From: a virus
Taxonomy: Duplodnaviria; Caudoviricetes
Strand: one strand, 5' to 3'
IMG/VR virus record: IMGVR_UViG_3300042898_000606
Location: 1-29,192 of that record
DNA: 29,192 nucleotides
Under the pieces are notes generated by a model. That model had not been told where the DNA came from, did no database searches, and saw nothing but the letters and a program-made list of their open reading frames with translations. How positions within the stretch are numbered: position 1 is the stretch's first letter; each line of letters starts with the position of its first letter. Positions 1 to 8,307 of the stretch are shown here, piece by piece. The position numbers and the translations under genes were made by a program.

Positions 1-127
1 ATCATAATCCCAAAACTCTGATTCAGGGATACCAAGGTAAGCAAACACCTGGAGGTGCTTATCAATGGGGTCAAGTTCCTGATTGTTATTAATATCAGTG
101 ATTGCTTCAAACTGCTCAATAGTGAGC
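1..127. repeat. 127-bp terminal direct repeat (left copy), circular-contig overlap
   Basis: Identical to 29066-29192. A length of 127 matches a common assembler k-mer, and the repeat lies inside a reading frame that continues across the junction. Confidence 0.95.
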
Positions 128-171
128 TCTTCAATTTGGTTGGGAATCTCCCTGTTTAAGATAGTTACCAT
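1..171 (-). CDS. 5' part of origin-spanning gene (putative tail assembly chaperone A, ~182 aa in total)
   Basis: ATG at 171 (minus) reads MVTILNREIPNQIEELTIEQFEAITDINNNQELDPIDKHLQVFAYLGIPESEFWDYD, in frame with ORF 28688..29113. Confidence 0.85.
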   Translation of the reverse strand, partial: MVTILNREIPNQIEELTIEQFEAITDINNNQELDPIDKHLQVFAYLGIPESEFWDYD

Positions 172-184
172 AGTTAAATTTTTG

Positions 185-213
185 AACAAATATACGTTTT
201 TTTTAATATAGGT
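185..213 (+). promoter_or_regulatory. putative phage late promoter copy 1 (AACA-N15-TAATATAGGT)
   Basis: Motif shared with four other operon starts; 1 nt before ATG 215. Confidence 0.75.
187..194 (-). promoter_or_regulatory. Bacteroidota housekeeping-sigma -7 element (TATATTTG) for the minus-strand operon
   Basis: CAAATATA is the reverse complement of TAnnTTTG, 15 nt upstream of the ATG at 171. Confidence 0.6.
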
Positions 214-214
214 A

Positions 215-1168
215 ATGGCTAAAGATAAAATCCCTACCTACCAAATTACTATTGACCCGGCATACGCTGAAAATGGTGAGGACCTTGGCATCGAACAAAT
301 AGCTTTTACCTCTAATCCTGCCATCAAAGTAAAGGGTATGGCATTCAACTCTCAAGCTAAGCCGTTATTCTTTAGTGATGAGCTCAAGTATCGTATCACT
401 GCACCTGCTTTGATACCAATGGAGATATATCGATTGGATGAGGATACTAATGAGGAGTATAATGTCAAGTTTACCAAGGAAGAGATAGAGCTAATTCATG
501 GAAAATTCATGCAAAAGATGGTTAACCAAGACCTATTTAACCTGGAGCATGACCAATCTCAGACCGTTCCTGCCTATGTACTTGAGGCATGGATAGTAGA
601 CAACCCAAAACAGGACAAGGCATATTCCACATTTGGTATTGAAGTACCTGAGGGTACGCTGATGGTAACTGCCCAGGTTACTGATAAGGAATACTATGCA
701 GAACTTGTAGCACAAGACCAAATAGGATTTAGCATTGAGGGCTACCTTGGAATGAAATTAAAAGAGCAAACAAAAACAAAAACAAATATGAACAAGTTAC
801 CTGATGGAGAACACACTATCGAGGATAAAATCTACGTTGTAAAAGATGGAGAGGTTATTGAGATACGTGATGTTGAAATGGAGGAGACCTCAGAAGAGGT
901 AGCCTTAGAAGAAACTGTTATCGAAGAGGATACAGTAGAAGAGGAGACAATGGCGGTAGACCCTGTAGTTGATGCAGAGGCTATCATTGCTATTGTACGA
1001 CCTTTATTAGATGAGCACATGAACGCTGTAGCTGCAATGATTGCAGAGATGCGTAACCAACTAGATGAGATATTGTCTACTGAGGTAGAGGATGAGGAGA
1101 TTGTAGAGGATGTGGCCTTGAGTGCACATCAAAGACTAAGTAACTTTGTAAAATTTAACAACAAATAA
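215..1168 (+). CDS. prohead protease (XkdF/S78-like) fused to acidic scaffold domain
   Basis: Motifs ALIP, NLEH, GTLMV and GFSIEG typical of phage prohead proteases; very acidic C-terminal third; directly upstream of the capsid gene. Confidence 0.8.
   Translation: MAKDKIPTYQITIDPAYAENGEDLGIEQIAFTSNPAIKVKGMAFNSQAKPLFFSDELKYRITAPALIPMEIYRLDEDTNEEYNVKFTKEEIELIHGKFMQKMVNQDLFNLEHDQSQTVPAYVLEAWIVDNPKQDKAYSTFGIEVPEGTLMVTAQVTDKEYYAELVAQDQIGFSIEGYLGMKLKEQTKTKTNMNKLPDGEHTIEDKIYVVKDGEVIEIRDVEMEETSEEVALEETVIEEDTVEEETMAVDPVVDAEAIIAIVRPLLDEHMNAVAAMIAEMRNQLDEILSTEVEDEEIVEDVALSAHQRLSNFVKFNNK
788..1168 (+). CDS. putative nested in-frame scaffold protein (MNKLPDGEHT...)
   Basis: In-frame ATG preceded by the A-rich leader AAACAAAAACAAAAACAAAT, similar to the capsid gene leader. 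Confidence 0.55.
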   Translation: MNKLPDGEHTIEDKIYVVKDGEVIEIRDVEMEETSEEVALEETVIEEDTVEEETMAVDPVVDAEAIIAIVRPLLDEHMNAVAAMIAEMRNQLDEILSTEVEDEEIVEDVALSAHQRLSNFVKFNNK

Positions 1169-1180
1169 AAACCAAACAAA

Positions 1181-2125
1181 ATGCGTAAATTAAGATTTGA
1201 CCTACAAATCCTGCCAAGTGCAGAATTACAACCTAACGCTGAGGCATTCTATGCACAAGCTTATTTAGGTGGTACTGAGATTGCTGATAACTTCCGTACT
1301 CTACCTGGTATCAAGTACAAAACTAAGATTGGTACTGTTACTTTCGGTACAGACTTATTGCAAGTATCCCCATGTAACTTCCCTAACCTTAACGCTGACC
1401 AATTAAGCTCACATGAAGTAGACGTATGTGCTCTTTCTGCAATGGCTCAAGTATGTCAGTTTGACCTAGAGCAATCATTTGTATCTTTACAGATGGCAGC
1501 AGGTTCCAACGGAGATTTCTCTGTAGCTAACTTCTTTAACTTCTATTGGTCTGAAATGGCTAACTCTGTAAACGGACAAATTGAAGCTCTACGATGGAAA
1601 GGTGATATCTTATCTTTGAACCCACAACTTGCTTTGTGTGATGGTTATGAGAAAGGATTACGTGCAAGTGTAATAGCAGGTGATGCTATCAATGGTGGTA
1701 CAGGTGCTATCACTACATTCTCAGGTGTTGGTGAGTTAGCTGATAAATTAGAGGCTGCATTTGCTTTGGTTCCTGCAGCTATTGCTTCCCGAACTGCTGA
1801 CCTACGTATCTACATGCCTACTCAATTGGTTAACATCTACCGATTAGGTGTAGCTTCAGGTAACACTAACGCGTTTATCACTCAAGATTTGGCGTTAACT
1901 TACTTAGGTATCAAGATTGTAGTTTGTCCAGGGATGTCTAACAACAAATTTGTTATCACATTGAAAGACAATCTAATCTTTGCTTTTGATGGTGAGGGAG
2001 ATCCATCTGATTTACGTGCAGTAAACTTAGCTGATACTGTTGCTGAGCCGGTTATCCGTACTCGTGCTAACATGAAAGTTGGTTTTTCTTTCGTGAATCC
2101 TACAGATATCGTTTACTACTCTTAA
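1181..2125 (+). CDS. major capsid protein
   Basis: 314 aa after the protease/scaffold, with a strong A-rich leader and a downstream hairpin; sequence style fits HK97-fold capsid proteins. Confidence 0.8.
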   Translation: MRKLRFDLQILPSAELQPNAEAFYAQAYLGGTEIADNFRTLPGIKYKTKIGTVTFGTDLLQVSPCNFPNLNADQLSSHEVDVCALSAMAQVCQFDLEQSFVSLQMAAGSNGDFSVANFFNFYWSEMANSVNGQIEALRWKGDILSLNPQLALCDGYEKGLRASVIAGDAINGGTGAITTFSGVGELADKLEAAFALVPAAIASRTADLRIYMPTQLVNIYRLGVASGNTNAFITQDLALTYLGIKIVVCPGMSNNKFVITLKDNLIFAFDGEGDPSDLRAVNLADTVAEPVIRTRANMKVGFSFVNPTDIVYYS

Positions 2126-2134
2126 TAATAATCC

Positions 2135-2158
2135 ATAGAGGGGGGCAACCCCCTTTAT
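2135..2158 (+). terminator. hairpin after capsid gene (partial terminator or mRNA stabiliser)
   Basis: ATAGAGGGGG-GCAA-CCCCCTTTAT, a 10-bp stem with a GNRA loop and a weak U tract. Confidence 0.65.
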
Positions 2159-2174
2159 ATAATACTTAAACACA

Positions 2175-2720
2175 ATGGCTATTCCATGTCAAGCCCTCGA
2201 GGCAATCGTAAAATCATGCGAGAATAACAGTGGAGGTATCTATGGTATTTGGATTAACCAACAAGATAACATAGACACTATTACTCCTACAGATCCATCT
2301 GCAGGTTTAGGGTGGGATATCACAGGTATCACTCTAGTAGCTCTTGCTCCATTATTTGAGAACTTCTACATTAAAAGAAACACATCTAACTTCACTGAGG
2401 ATAGCACTATTGACCTAGTTAATGGTAGCTCTTTTGTGACTTCAACTATTAACTTAATGTTCCATCGACGTGAGGCTGATAAGTCTCGTGCTATCAAAAT
2501 CCTTGGAGCAGGACAACAGTATTTGACTGCTATCATCTTAGATGCTAACGGTAAGTATTGGTACTTCCCATACTTGCAAGTATCTGCTACAGGTGAAGGT
2601 TCAGGAACAGCTCGTGCGGATGGTTCTAAATACTCTGTTACTTTGGTAGCTGAGAATGAGTACCTAGCATACGAAGTTAATATGAGTGTTGGAGCACTTG
2701 CTACAATCGGAGTTCAATAA
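2175..2720 (+). CDS. major tail tube protein (probable)
   Basis: 181 aa, beta-rich, with DANGKYW and GSGTARADGSKYSVTL motifs recalled from Bacteroidota siphovirus tail tubes; co-transcribed with the capsid gene. Confidence 0.6.
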   Translation: MAIPCQALEAIVKSCENNSGGIYGIWINQQDNIDTITPTDPSAGLGWDITGITLVALAPLFENFYIKRNTSNFTEDSTIDLVNGSSFVTSTINLMFHRREADKSRAIKILGAGQQYLTAIILDANGKYWYFPYLQVSATGEGSGTARADGSKYSVTLVAENEYLAYEVNMSVGALATIGVQ

Positions 2721-2742
2721 GCAATTCTACCTCTCTATATTT

Positions 2743-2773
2743 AGAGCCCTGCCGTAATGGTGGGGCTTTTTTT
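2743..2773 (+). terminator. intrinsic terminator
   Basis: AGAGCCCTGCC-GTAAT-GGTGGGGCT followed by a T run (2767-2773). Confidence 0.85.
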
Positions 2774-2776
2774 ATG

Positions 2777-2806
2777 AACATTTGACAACTGAGATTTAAT
2801 ATAGGT
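2777..2806 (+). promoter_or_regulatory. putative late promoter copy 2 (AACA-N16-TAATATAGGT)
   Basis: Immediately after the terminator and abutting the GTG start at 2807. Confidence 0.75.
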
Positions 2807-3157
2807 GTGATATACTTAGATCAAGGTGTTATTAATCAATTCGTGTTGACTCTTAGCGAGGTAACTACGGTTAGTACACCACATTATTTATTTGTATTCA
2901 CTAACGAAATGAATACCACAAGCACACCACAGCTATTCACAGCTCCTGATACAAGTGCTTACCCTGAAAGATACAACCTGTTTGCCCTAGATGAGCCTAC
3001 AGATATCATACTAAAGAAAGGGCAGTACAATTACCAGGTTTATGAAAGCTCAACTGCATTTGTTTTGCCCCTTACAATAGCTCAGACTACAGGCGTAGTA
3101 ATTGAGGAGGGGAGAATGGTAGTAAGTGGTCCTGCAGGTAACTCAATATACGATTAA
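2807..3157 (+). CDS. virion structural protein, hypothetical (beta-rich)
   Basis: 116-aa ORF leading the portal operon. Confidence 0.6.
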   Translation: MIYLDQGVINQFVLTLSEVTTVSTPHYLFVFTNEMNTTSTPQLFTAPDTSAYPERYNLFALDEPTDIILKKGQYNYQVYESSTAFVLPLTIAQTTGVVIEEGRMVVSGPAGNSIYD

Positions 3158-3159
3158 CT

Positions 3160-4455
3160 ATGGCATGGTACGATAGATTTATTAACACAAAACAAAAAGG
3201 CCCCGAGGTAATTGAGGGCTACCAATCATTTAGCACCCCATTCCTACCGGTAGGGAGAGGTAACCTTACCTTACCTGTGGTAGACCCCAGGTATAACGCT
3301 AACATGTGGCAGTACTTTGGAAGTGACAACCTCTATCCTGAGCTATTGAATCAGATGTACTTTAGCTCCCCATTGCATGGTGCCATTGTGGACTTCAAGA
3401 CCAATGCTGTGATTGGTGGAGGGTTTAACCTTACCACTGACAAGCTCACACCACAGGAAAAGCTAGAGATGTTTACCTTTGAAAAGAAAGCTAACCTCAA
3501 GCACACCGTTAAGGCAGTTACAAAGCAGTTAATTCTACACAATCGGGTATATTTCAAGCTGTATTTTGGTGAGAAACGCAAGCTCATGAAAATTGAGAAC
3601 GTATCTCCTGAGAAAGTAAGGGTAGGTAGAGATAAAAAAATGTACTTTTTGTGTGATGATTGGAGCAGGAGAATAGGTATTGAGGAAATTAAGCCATACC
3701 ACATTACCTGTAAAGATGCATGCCAACTATTTAGCTACGAAGTTAAGTCAGTTGGGCAGGACTACTATCCCATACCAACATATAGTTCCTGTTTAAATTT
3801 TGCATTTTTGAGTGGCGAGTTAAGTTACTTCGCTAAAAGTAACATACAAAATAGTGTATTCCCTAGCTTTGCTATGATGTTCCCAAAACGTCCACAGTCT
3901 GAGGAGGAAAAGCACATGATCAAGGAAACTATTGACCGCCTCAAGGGTGCAGCTAATGCCGGTAAGGCAGTTGCATTCTTTGCCAATAGTGCCGACCAAC
4001 TTCCAAAGATTGAATCACTACCTACCAATGGCAATGATAAATTATTTCATGAGGCATCTGCACTTAACACTGAGCAGATTTGTTTTGCTCATACCATTGA
4101 CCCTATTCTTATGGGAGTACGTACCACTGGGAGCCTAGGTAGTGGTAGTGATATCAAGCAAGCCTATGTTATCTTTGAAAAGAATGTAGTAATGGAGCTA
4201 CGTCAACAGGTGACTACTATCTTTAATGAGCTCTTGGGTATTGCTCGCATCCCTGCTGATTTCACCATCAACAATTTTCAAATAATTGGAGATACTATCA
4301 TTGAGGTAGATGAGGAAACGGCAAAAGTTAAGGATGCATTGAATAACTTGAGTGATGCATTGCTTGGCAAAGTACTTGAAAAAATGACTACCAATGAGAT
4401 TAGAGCTCTAGCCTCATTACCTCCTATTGATGAACCTACTCAACCTATTGTATAA
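3160..4455 (+). CDS. portal protein
   Basis: 431 aa; motifs SSPLHGAIV, YYPIPTY, GAANAGK and ICFAHTIDPILMG typical of phage portals. Confidence 0.85.
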   Translation: MAWYDRFINTKQKGPEVIEGYQSFSTPFLPVGRGNLTLPVVDPRYNANMWQYFGSDNLYPELLNQMYFSSPLHGAIVDFKTNAVIGGGFNLTTDKLTPQEKLEMFTFEKKANLKHTVKAVTKQLILHNRVYFKLYFGEKRKLMKIENVSPEKVRVGRDKKMYFLCDDWSRRIGIEEIKPYHITCKDACQLFSYEVKSVGQDYYPIPTYSSCLNFAFLSGELSYFAKSNIQNSVFPSFAMMFPKRPQSEEEKHMIKETIDRLKGAANAGKAVAFFANSADQLPKIESLPTNGNDKLFHEASALNTEQICFAHTIDPILMGVRTTGSLGSGSDIKQAYVIFEKNVVMELRQQVTTIFNELLGIARIPADFTINNFQIIGDTIIEVDEETAKVKDALNNLSDALLGKVLEKMTTNEIRALASLPPIDEPTQPIV

Positions 4456-5021
4456 TGCTGTATTTCATAACTGAGTCATACCTCAAAACAAACACACCCA
4501 TTACAGCTAATGTGGATGTTACTGACGTAACTCCCTACATTGCGACACAAGCGGCATTAAGAGTGCAGCCTATCCTGGGCACTACGTTCTATAATTACTT
4601 GCTTACTCAGTACAATAACACAGCGCTTAACCCTGACGAGATAAATCTAGTAGAGTTCATTCAGCCTGTTATCGCATGGAGGAGTGCTGAGGATGCAGTG
4701 TTCGGGTTGACCTACCAACTTAAGAACAAAGGCCTACAAACTCAGTCAGGTGACTTCTCAGCAAGCGTATCACGCTCAGAGGTAGCCTTTGGCATGGAGC
4801 ATTATGCACAAAAAGCTAGTTTCTTTGAGCAACGTTTAATTAGATGGCTACTTGCTAACCGTAACCTGTTCCCTTTATTCATTAGTACAGCTAACCAGGA
4901 TACTGACCTCAGACCAATGTTTCAAAACTGCTCATGCATAACTCAATGGCAAACTACTTGCACAGGAATGTGTGGTAACTTCCTTGAGAATGGGTACAAT
5001 AACAGCATTCTAATCTTGTGA
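4455..5021 (+). CDS. head-tail adaptor / head completion protein
   Basis: Coupled to the portal gene; helical 188-aa protein with a PILGTTFY motif. Confidence 0.6.
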   Translation: MLYFITESYLKTNTPITANVDVTDVTPYIATQAALRVQPILGTTFYNYLLTQYNNTALNPDEINLVEFIQPVIAWRSAEDAVFGLTYQLKNKGLQTQSGDFSASVSRSEVAFGMEHYAQKASFFEQRLIRWLLANRNLFPLFISTANQDTDLRPMFQNCSCITQWQTTCTGMCGNFLENGYNNSILIL

Positions 5022-5509
5022 AGTCACAGCTATCCATACTACTAGCTACAATGCATGCCAATTGGTTTAAACTCTTAGGCGTTCTCAGTGCATTTTTGAT
5101 GCCTATCTCAGGGTTATTGTTTTTAGTTGGATTTGTGATCGTGTTAGATACTATAACAGGGGTGTGGAAGAGCTATAAAAACAAGGTAAAGATAACTAGC
5201 AGAGGCCTATCTGCAATCATTAGTAAGATGTTACTCTATGAGGTAACTGTTATCATGTTCTATATGATAGATAAGTTCATACTAAATAGTATCATCCTGC
5301 AGTTTTTTTCCGTAGAGTTATTGCTTACTAAGGTGCTTGCACTCATCCTGGTATCAATCGAGGTCATGAGCATTAACGAAAACTACAAAGCAGTGAAAGG
5401 CCTTGACCTATGGCAGGCAATGAAAAATTTATTTGCAAGAGCCAAGGACATAAAAAAGGAAGTCAATGAAATTAGACACAACGAAAATATTTCAGGAACG
5501 CCTATCTAA
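5018..5509 (+). CDS. holin (phage holin 4-like)
   Basis: Several TM segments, motifs LDTITG, ITSRGL and EVMSINEN; directly upstream of the endolysin. Confidence 0.85.
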   Translation: MKSQLSILLATMHANWFKLLGVLSAFLMPISGLLFLVGFVIVLDTITGVWKSYKNKVKITSRGLSAIISKMLLYEVTVIMFYMIDKFILNSIILQFFSVELLLTKVLALILVSIEVMSINENYKAVKGLDLWQAMKNLFARAKDIKKEVNEIRHNENISGTPI

Positions 5510-6113
5510 TAGCCAATACTTCCACGAGGAGTCTGAGAAAAAACAAATCTATTTACACCACACTGCAGGCAATGGTAACCCCATAGCTGTATCACGTTGG
5601 TGGAATAGCAACTCAGATAGGATAGCTACTGCATTTGTGATAGGTGAAAGAGGTAGCATAGTACAGTGCTTCTCTTCCAAGCATTGGGCCTATCACCTGG
5701 GGATAGATAGTCAGGACTTCTCAGTACATGGACTAAAATATCAAAATCTAAACAAGCTATCTGTAGGTATTGAGATATGTAATTGGGGCCCATTGAAGCT
5801 CAAGGATGGTAAGTACTACAATTATGTTAAGGGAGTAGTGGACCCATCAATGGTCACTACATTAGATGTACCATACAAGGGTAACAAGTTTTGGTACAAA
5901 TATACAGATGAGCAGATAGAATCTACTAGACAGCTTGTGGAGTACCTGTGTGAGACCTATGATATCCCCAAGGCTTACCGGTCAGAGATATTTAGCATAG
6001 ACAAAGAGGCATTCAAAGGTACTGCAGGAATCTACACTCACAATAGTGTGAGAAAAGACAAGGCAGATATTTACCCATGCCCCCGAATAATTAAGATGCT
6101 ACAAAACCTATAG
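5466..6113 (+). CDS. endolysin, N-acetylmuramoyl-L-alanine amidase (Amidase_2)
   Basis: Zinc-amidase motifs IYLHHTAG, AYH, SVGIE, TH and KADIYP. Confidence 0.9.
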   Translation: MKLDTTKIFQERLSNSQYFHEESEKKQIYLHHTAGNGNPIAVSRWWNSNSDRIATAFVIGERGSIVQCFSSKHWAYHLGIDSQDFSVHGLKYQNLNKLSVGIEICNWGPLKLKDGKYYNYVKGVVDPSMVTTLDVPYKGNKFWYKYTDEQIESTRQLVEYLCETYDIPKAYRSEIFSIDKEAFKGTAGIYTHNSVRKDKADIYPCPRIIKMLQNL

Positions 6114-6116
6114 CAG

Positions 6117-6581
6117 ATGAGGAGTTTAATAATTATTTTGTCGCTAGTATCTACTATATTTGCGACATCCTGCTCAGCTCCTAAGCGAGCTCAATGGCAC
6201 TACAAGAAAGCATTAAAGAATGGCTTGCAAGTAGTACAGGATAGTGATACCATCCGCATTACTACAGTGGACAGCATCCCTGTGATACACAATGATACGA
6301 TTGTATGGGAGAAGTTCTACACAACTAAGGATACGGTCATTAAATTCAACAATATATACGTACCAAAGACTAGATGGCAAACACGTATTGAGTACAGGTA
6401 TAAGACCAAAGTTGAAAGGATACGAGGTAAGACTATCTACAAAACAGCTCAGGCAGAACAGGTAATAAAGTACAGATGGGCTTGGTGGCCTATTGTTATT
6501 TCGTTTATTTTAGGTATATTGCTCCGTTTTTTAATTCAAAAGGGGCTGATAGATAGAATAGCCCTGCTATTTAAGCTATGA
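6117..6581 (+). CDS. putative unimolecular spanin (lipoprotein with C-terminal TM helix)
   Basis: Signal peptide with lipobox-like FATSC, beta-rich middle, C-terminal hydrophobic helix WWPIVISFILGILL; follows the endolysin. Confidence 0.6.
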   Translation: MRSLIIILSLVSTIFATSCSAPKRAQWHYKKALKNGLQVVQDSDTIRITTVDSIPVIHNDTIVWEKFYTTKDTVIKFNNIYVPKTRWQTRIEYRYKTKVERIRGKTIYKTAQAEQVIKYRWAWWPIVISFILGILLRFLIQKGLIDRIALLFKL

Positions 6582-7351
6582 GAAAACGACTATTTTATGA
6601 CATTGAGACTTCATTCAATGTCGGGGTATTTTGGAGAACAGGATACAACCTTAACATTAACCCAGGTGACATCATTCATGAGCGTGCAATCATCTGCATC
6701 TGCTATAAATGGGAGGGTGAGGAGGAAATTCACAGCCTAACTTGGTCCAAATCACAGAGTGATAAGAAAATGATAGAGGCATTCGTTAAGGTATTGCACA
6801 AAGCAGATGAGATAGTGGCTCACAATGGGGATAGATTTGACCTCAAGTGGATACGCACACGGGCTTTATTTCATGGCATCAATGTAATGCCCTCACCCAA
6901 GACCATAGACACGCTGAAATGGGCCAAAAGGTACTTTAATTTTAACTCAAACAAACTAGACTACATAGCTAAGCTACTTAAGGTAGGTGCTAAGATGGAA
7001 ACAGGAGGGCTTGATCTATGGAAAGACATCGTATTTAGAAAGGACCAGGATGCATTAGATAAGATGGTGGCCTATTGCAAGATGGATGTTGAGGTACTTG
7101 AGTCAGTATTCAATAAACTAAACAGCTACACCCTAGTTAGTCATAACTATGCTGTTCAGAATGGGGGTGATAAGTACGAATGTGCAGAATGTGGAGGTAC
7201 TAATCACAGGCACAATAAAAAAGTAGTCACTGCAGCAGGTACCGTACACCATTGGCTACAATGTAGAGACTGCAAAAAACACAATAAGATAAACCACTTG
7301 GTATTCACTAAGTATCAGGAGTATCTATACAAGCGAAAGAATATATCTTAA
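6578..7351 (+). CDS. DnaQ-like (DEDDy, RNase H fold) 3'-5' exonuclease with C-terminal zinc ribbon
   Basis: ExoI DIET, ExoII HNGDRFD, ExoIII YCKMD; CAEC...CRDC at the C terminus. Confidence 0.8.
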   Translation: MRKRLFYDIETSFNVGVFWRTGYNLNINPGDIIHERAIICICYKWEGEEEIHSLTWSKSQSDKKMIEAFVKVLHKADEIVAHNGDRFDLKWIRTRALFHGINVMPSPKTIDTLKWAKRYFNFNSNKLDYIAKLLKVGAKMETGGLDLWKDIVFRKDQDALDKMVAYCKMDVEVLESVFNKLNSYTLVSHNYAVQNGGDKYECAECGGTNHRHNKKVVTAAGTVHHWLQCRDCKKHNKINHLVFTKYQEYLYKRKNIS

Positions 7352-7403
7352 GCTTTTACACTGATTTTACTACATATTTTTTAAGTTTTTAGGCTGATTC
7401 CTT

Positions 7404-7422
7404 ATTTAGAATCATTCTAAAT
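7404..7422. promoter_or_regulatory. perfect 9-1-9 palindrome, Fur-box-like operator
   Basis: ATTTAGAAT-C-ATTCTAAAT in the largest regulatory gap. Confidence 0.65.
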
Positions 7423-7455
7423 TTGTGCAAAACTTAATTTTTTTGTGCAAAATGT

Positions 7456-7485
7456 TTTGCAGATATGAAACCTTTTATATCTTTG
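7456..7485 (+). promoter_or_regulatory. early host-sigma promoter (TTTG-N18-TATCTTTG)
   Basis: Matches the Bacteroidota -33/-7 consensus, upstream of the first early gene. Confidence 0.75.
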
Positions 7486-7513
7486 TCAGGTATTAACACT
7501 TAAAAATTTATTT

Positions 7514-7693
7514 ATGGAACGTTTTAACCAACAATTTAACAGAGCCCTTGACTTTATCAAGGCAAACGAAAACAACGCAGAAGTGCTCACTTTTTTCCTA
7601 GAGCAAATGCTTGTAGAAGCTAATGAGGAAATGACTCAGATAGCATTAGATAACACCGAAGATTTTTTAACCATCTTAAACGCTAACAAATGA
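7514..7693 (+). CDS. hypothetical early protein, 59 aa (MERFNQQFNRALDFIK...)
   Basis: Manually translated; A/T-rich leader after the promoter; ATGA-coupled to the next ORF. Confidence 0.75.
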   Translation: MERFNQQFNRALDFIKANENNAEVLTFFLEQMLVEANEEMTQIALDNTEDFLTILNANK

Positions 7694-7788
7694 AAAGAGA
7701 ACTATTCAATGTAGCTGCAAGTGTAGCTGTAATTTTAGCTACCATGGTAGCAATGTATAACACTTTAATTTTTATGATATGCAAGTAA
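7690..7788 (+). CDS. small membrane peptide, 32 aa (MKRELFNVAASVAVILATMVAMYNTLIFMICK)
   Basis: ATGA overlap with the previous gene; single hydrophobic helix. Confidence 0.65.
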   Translation: MKRELFNVAASVAVILATMVAMYNTLIFMICK

Positions 7789-8069
7789 CAATAGATAATA
7801 GCACAGCATTCTTTGAATTTGATGAGGTGCATGGTAGCTGTGAGTTTAACATAACTAACATTACCGAGGAGGATTATGAGGTAGAGATAACTAATGTATT
7901 GGCTACCCAAGTGATTGGTGAGGTGGAGCTTGACTACATCCTAACGGATACACAACTTGACCAACTAAATGAGGAGATTATTTGGTGCATTCAGGATACT
8001 AACCTGGTAAGAGATATGCAGGACTTTGATAATGGATTTGATGAGGATGATTGGAGGTATGATGCATAG
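7779..8069 (+). CDS. hypothetical acidic protein
   Basis: 96-aa D/E-rich ORF in the early operon. Confidence 0.7.
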   Translation: MQVTIDNSTAFFEFDEVHGSCEFNITNITEEDYEVEITNVLATQVIGEVELDYILTDTQLDQLNEEIIWCIQDTNLVRDMQDFDNGFDEDDWRYDA

Positions 8070-8307
8070 AGATATCTCAGAGATGGCTAGATGGTGGACC
8101 CGTCAGTCATTCGCAGGAGATAAGGGAGGCTCCTTTAATACCTCCCTATATTTAGAATACCTTAAATGTAAGAACTCATGTATCGACTATTGTACTACTA
8201 CGAAAACAGGCTCAGTGAAAGCTATGACTTCCCAAGCAAAGCCCTCTGCCATTGGCAGCTCAATAAATTCAGAGCAGCAGGTACTCATATTTACGGACAC
8301 TTTGTAA
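8059..8307 (+). CDS. hypothetical protein (WWTRQSFAGDKGGSFN motif)
   Basis: ORF track 8026..8307; start moved to the ATG overlapping the previous stop region; its 3' half overlaps another ORF. Confidence 0.5.
   Translation: MMHRDISEMARWWTRQSFAGDKGGSFNTSLYLEYLKCKNSCIDYCTTTKTGSVKAMTSQAKPSAIGSSINSEQQVLIFTDTL

Noticed and set aside
1-127. Biological terminal repeat
   Set aside because: Exactly 127 bp and inside a coding frame; better explained as assembler circular overlap. The terminase type suggests headful packaging.
533-4138. Short alternative-frame or antisense ORFs within head and portal genes
   Set aside because: Fully embedded in well-supported genes and without recognisable motifs; the same applies to similar ORFs in the primase and tail genes.
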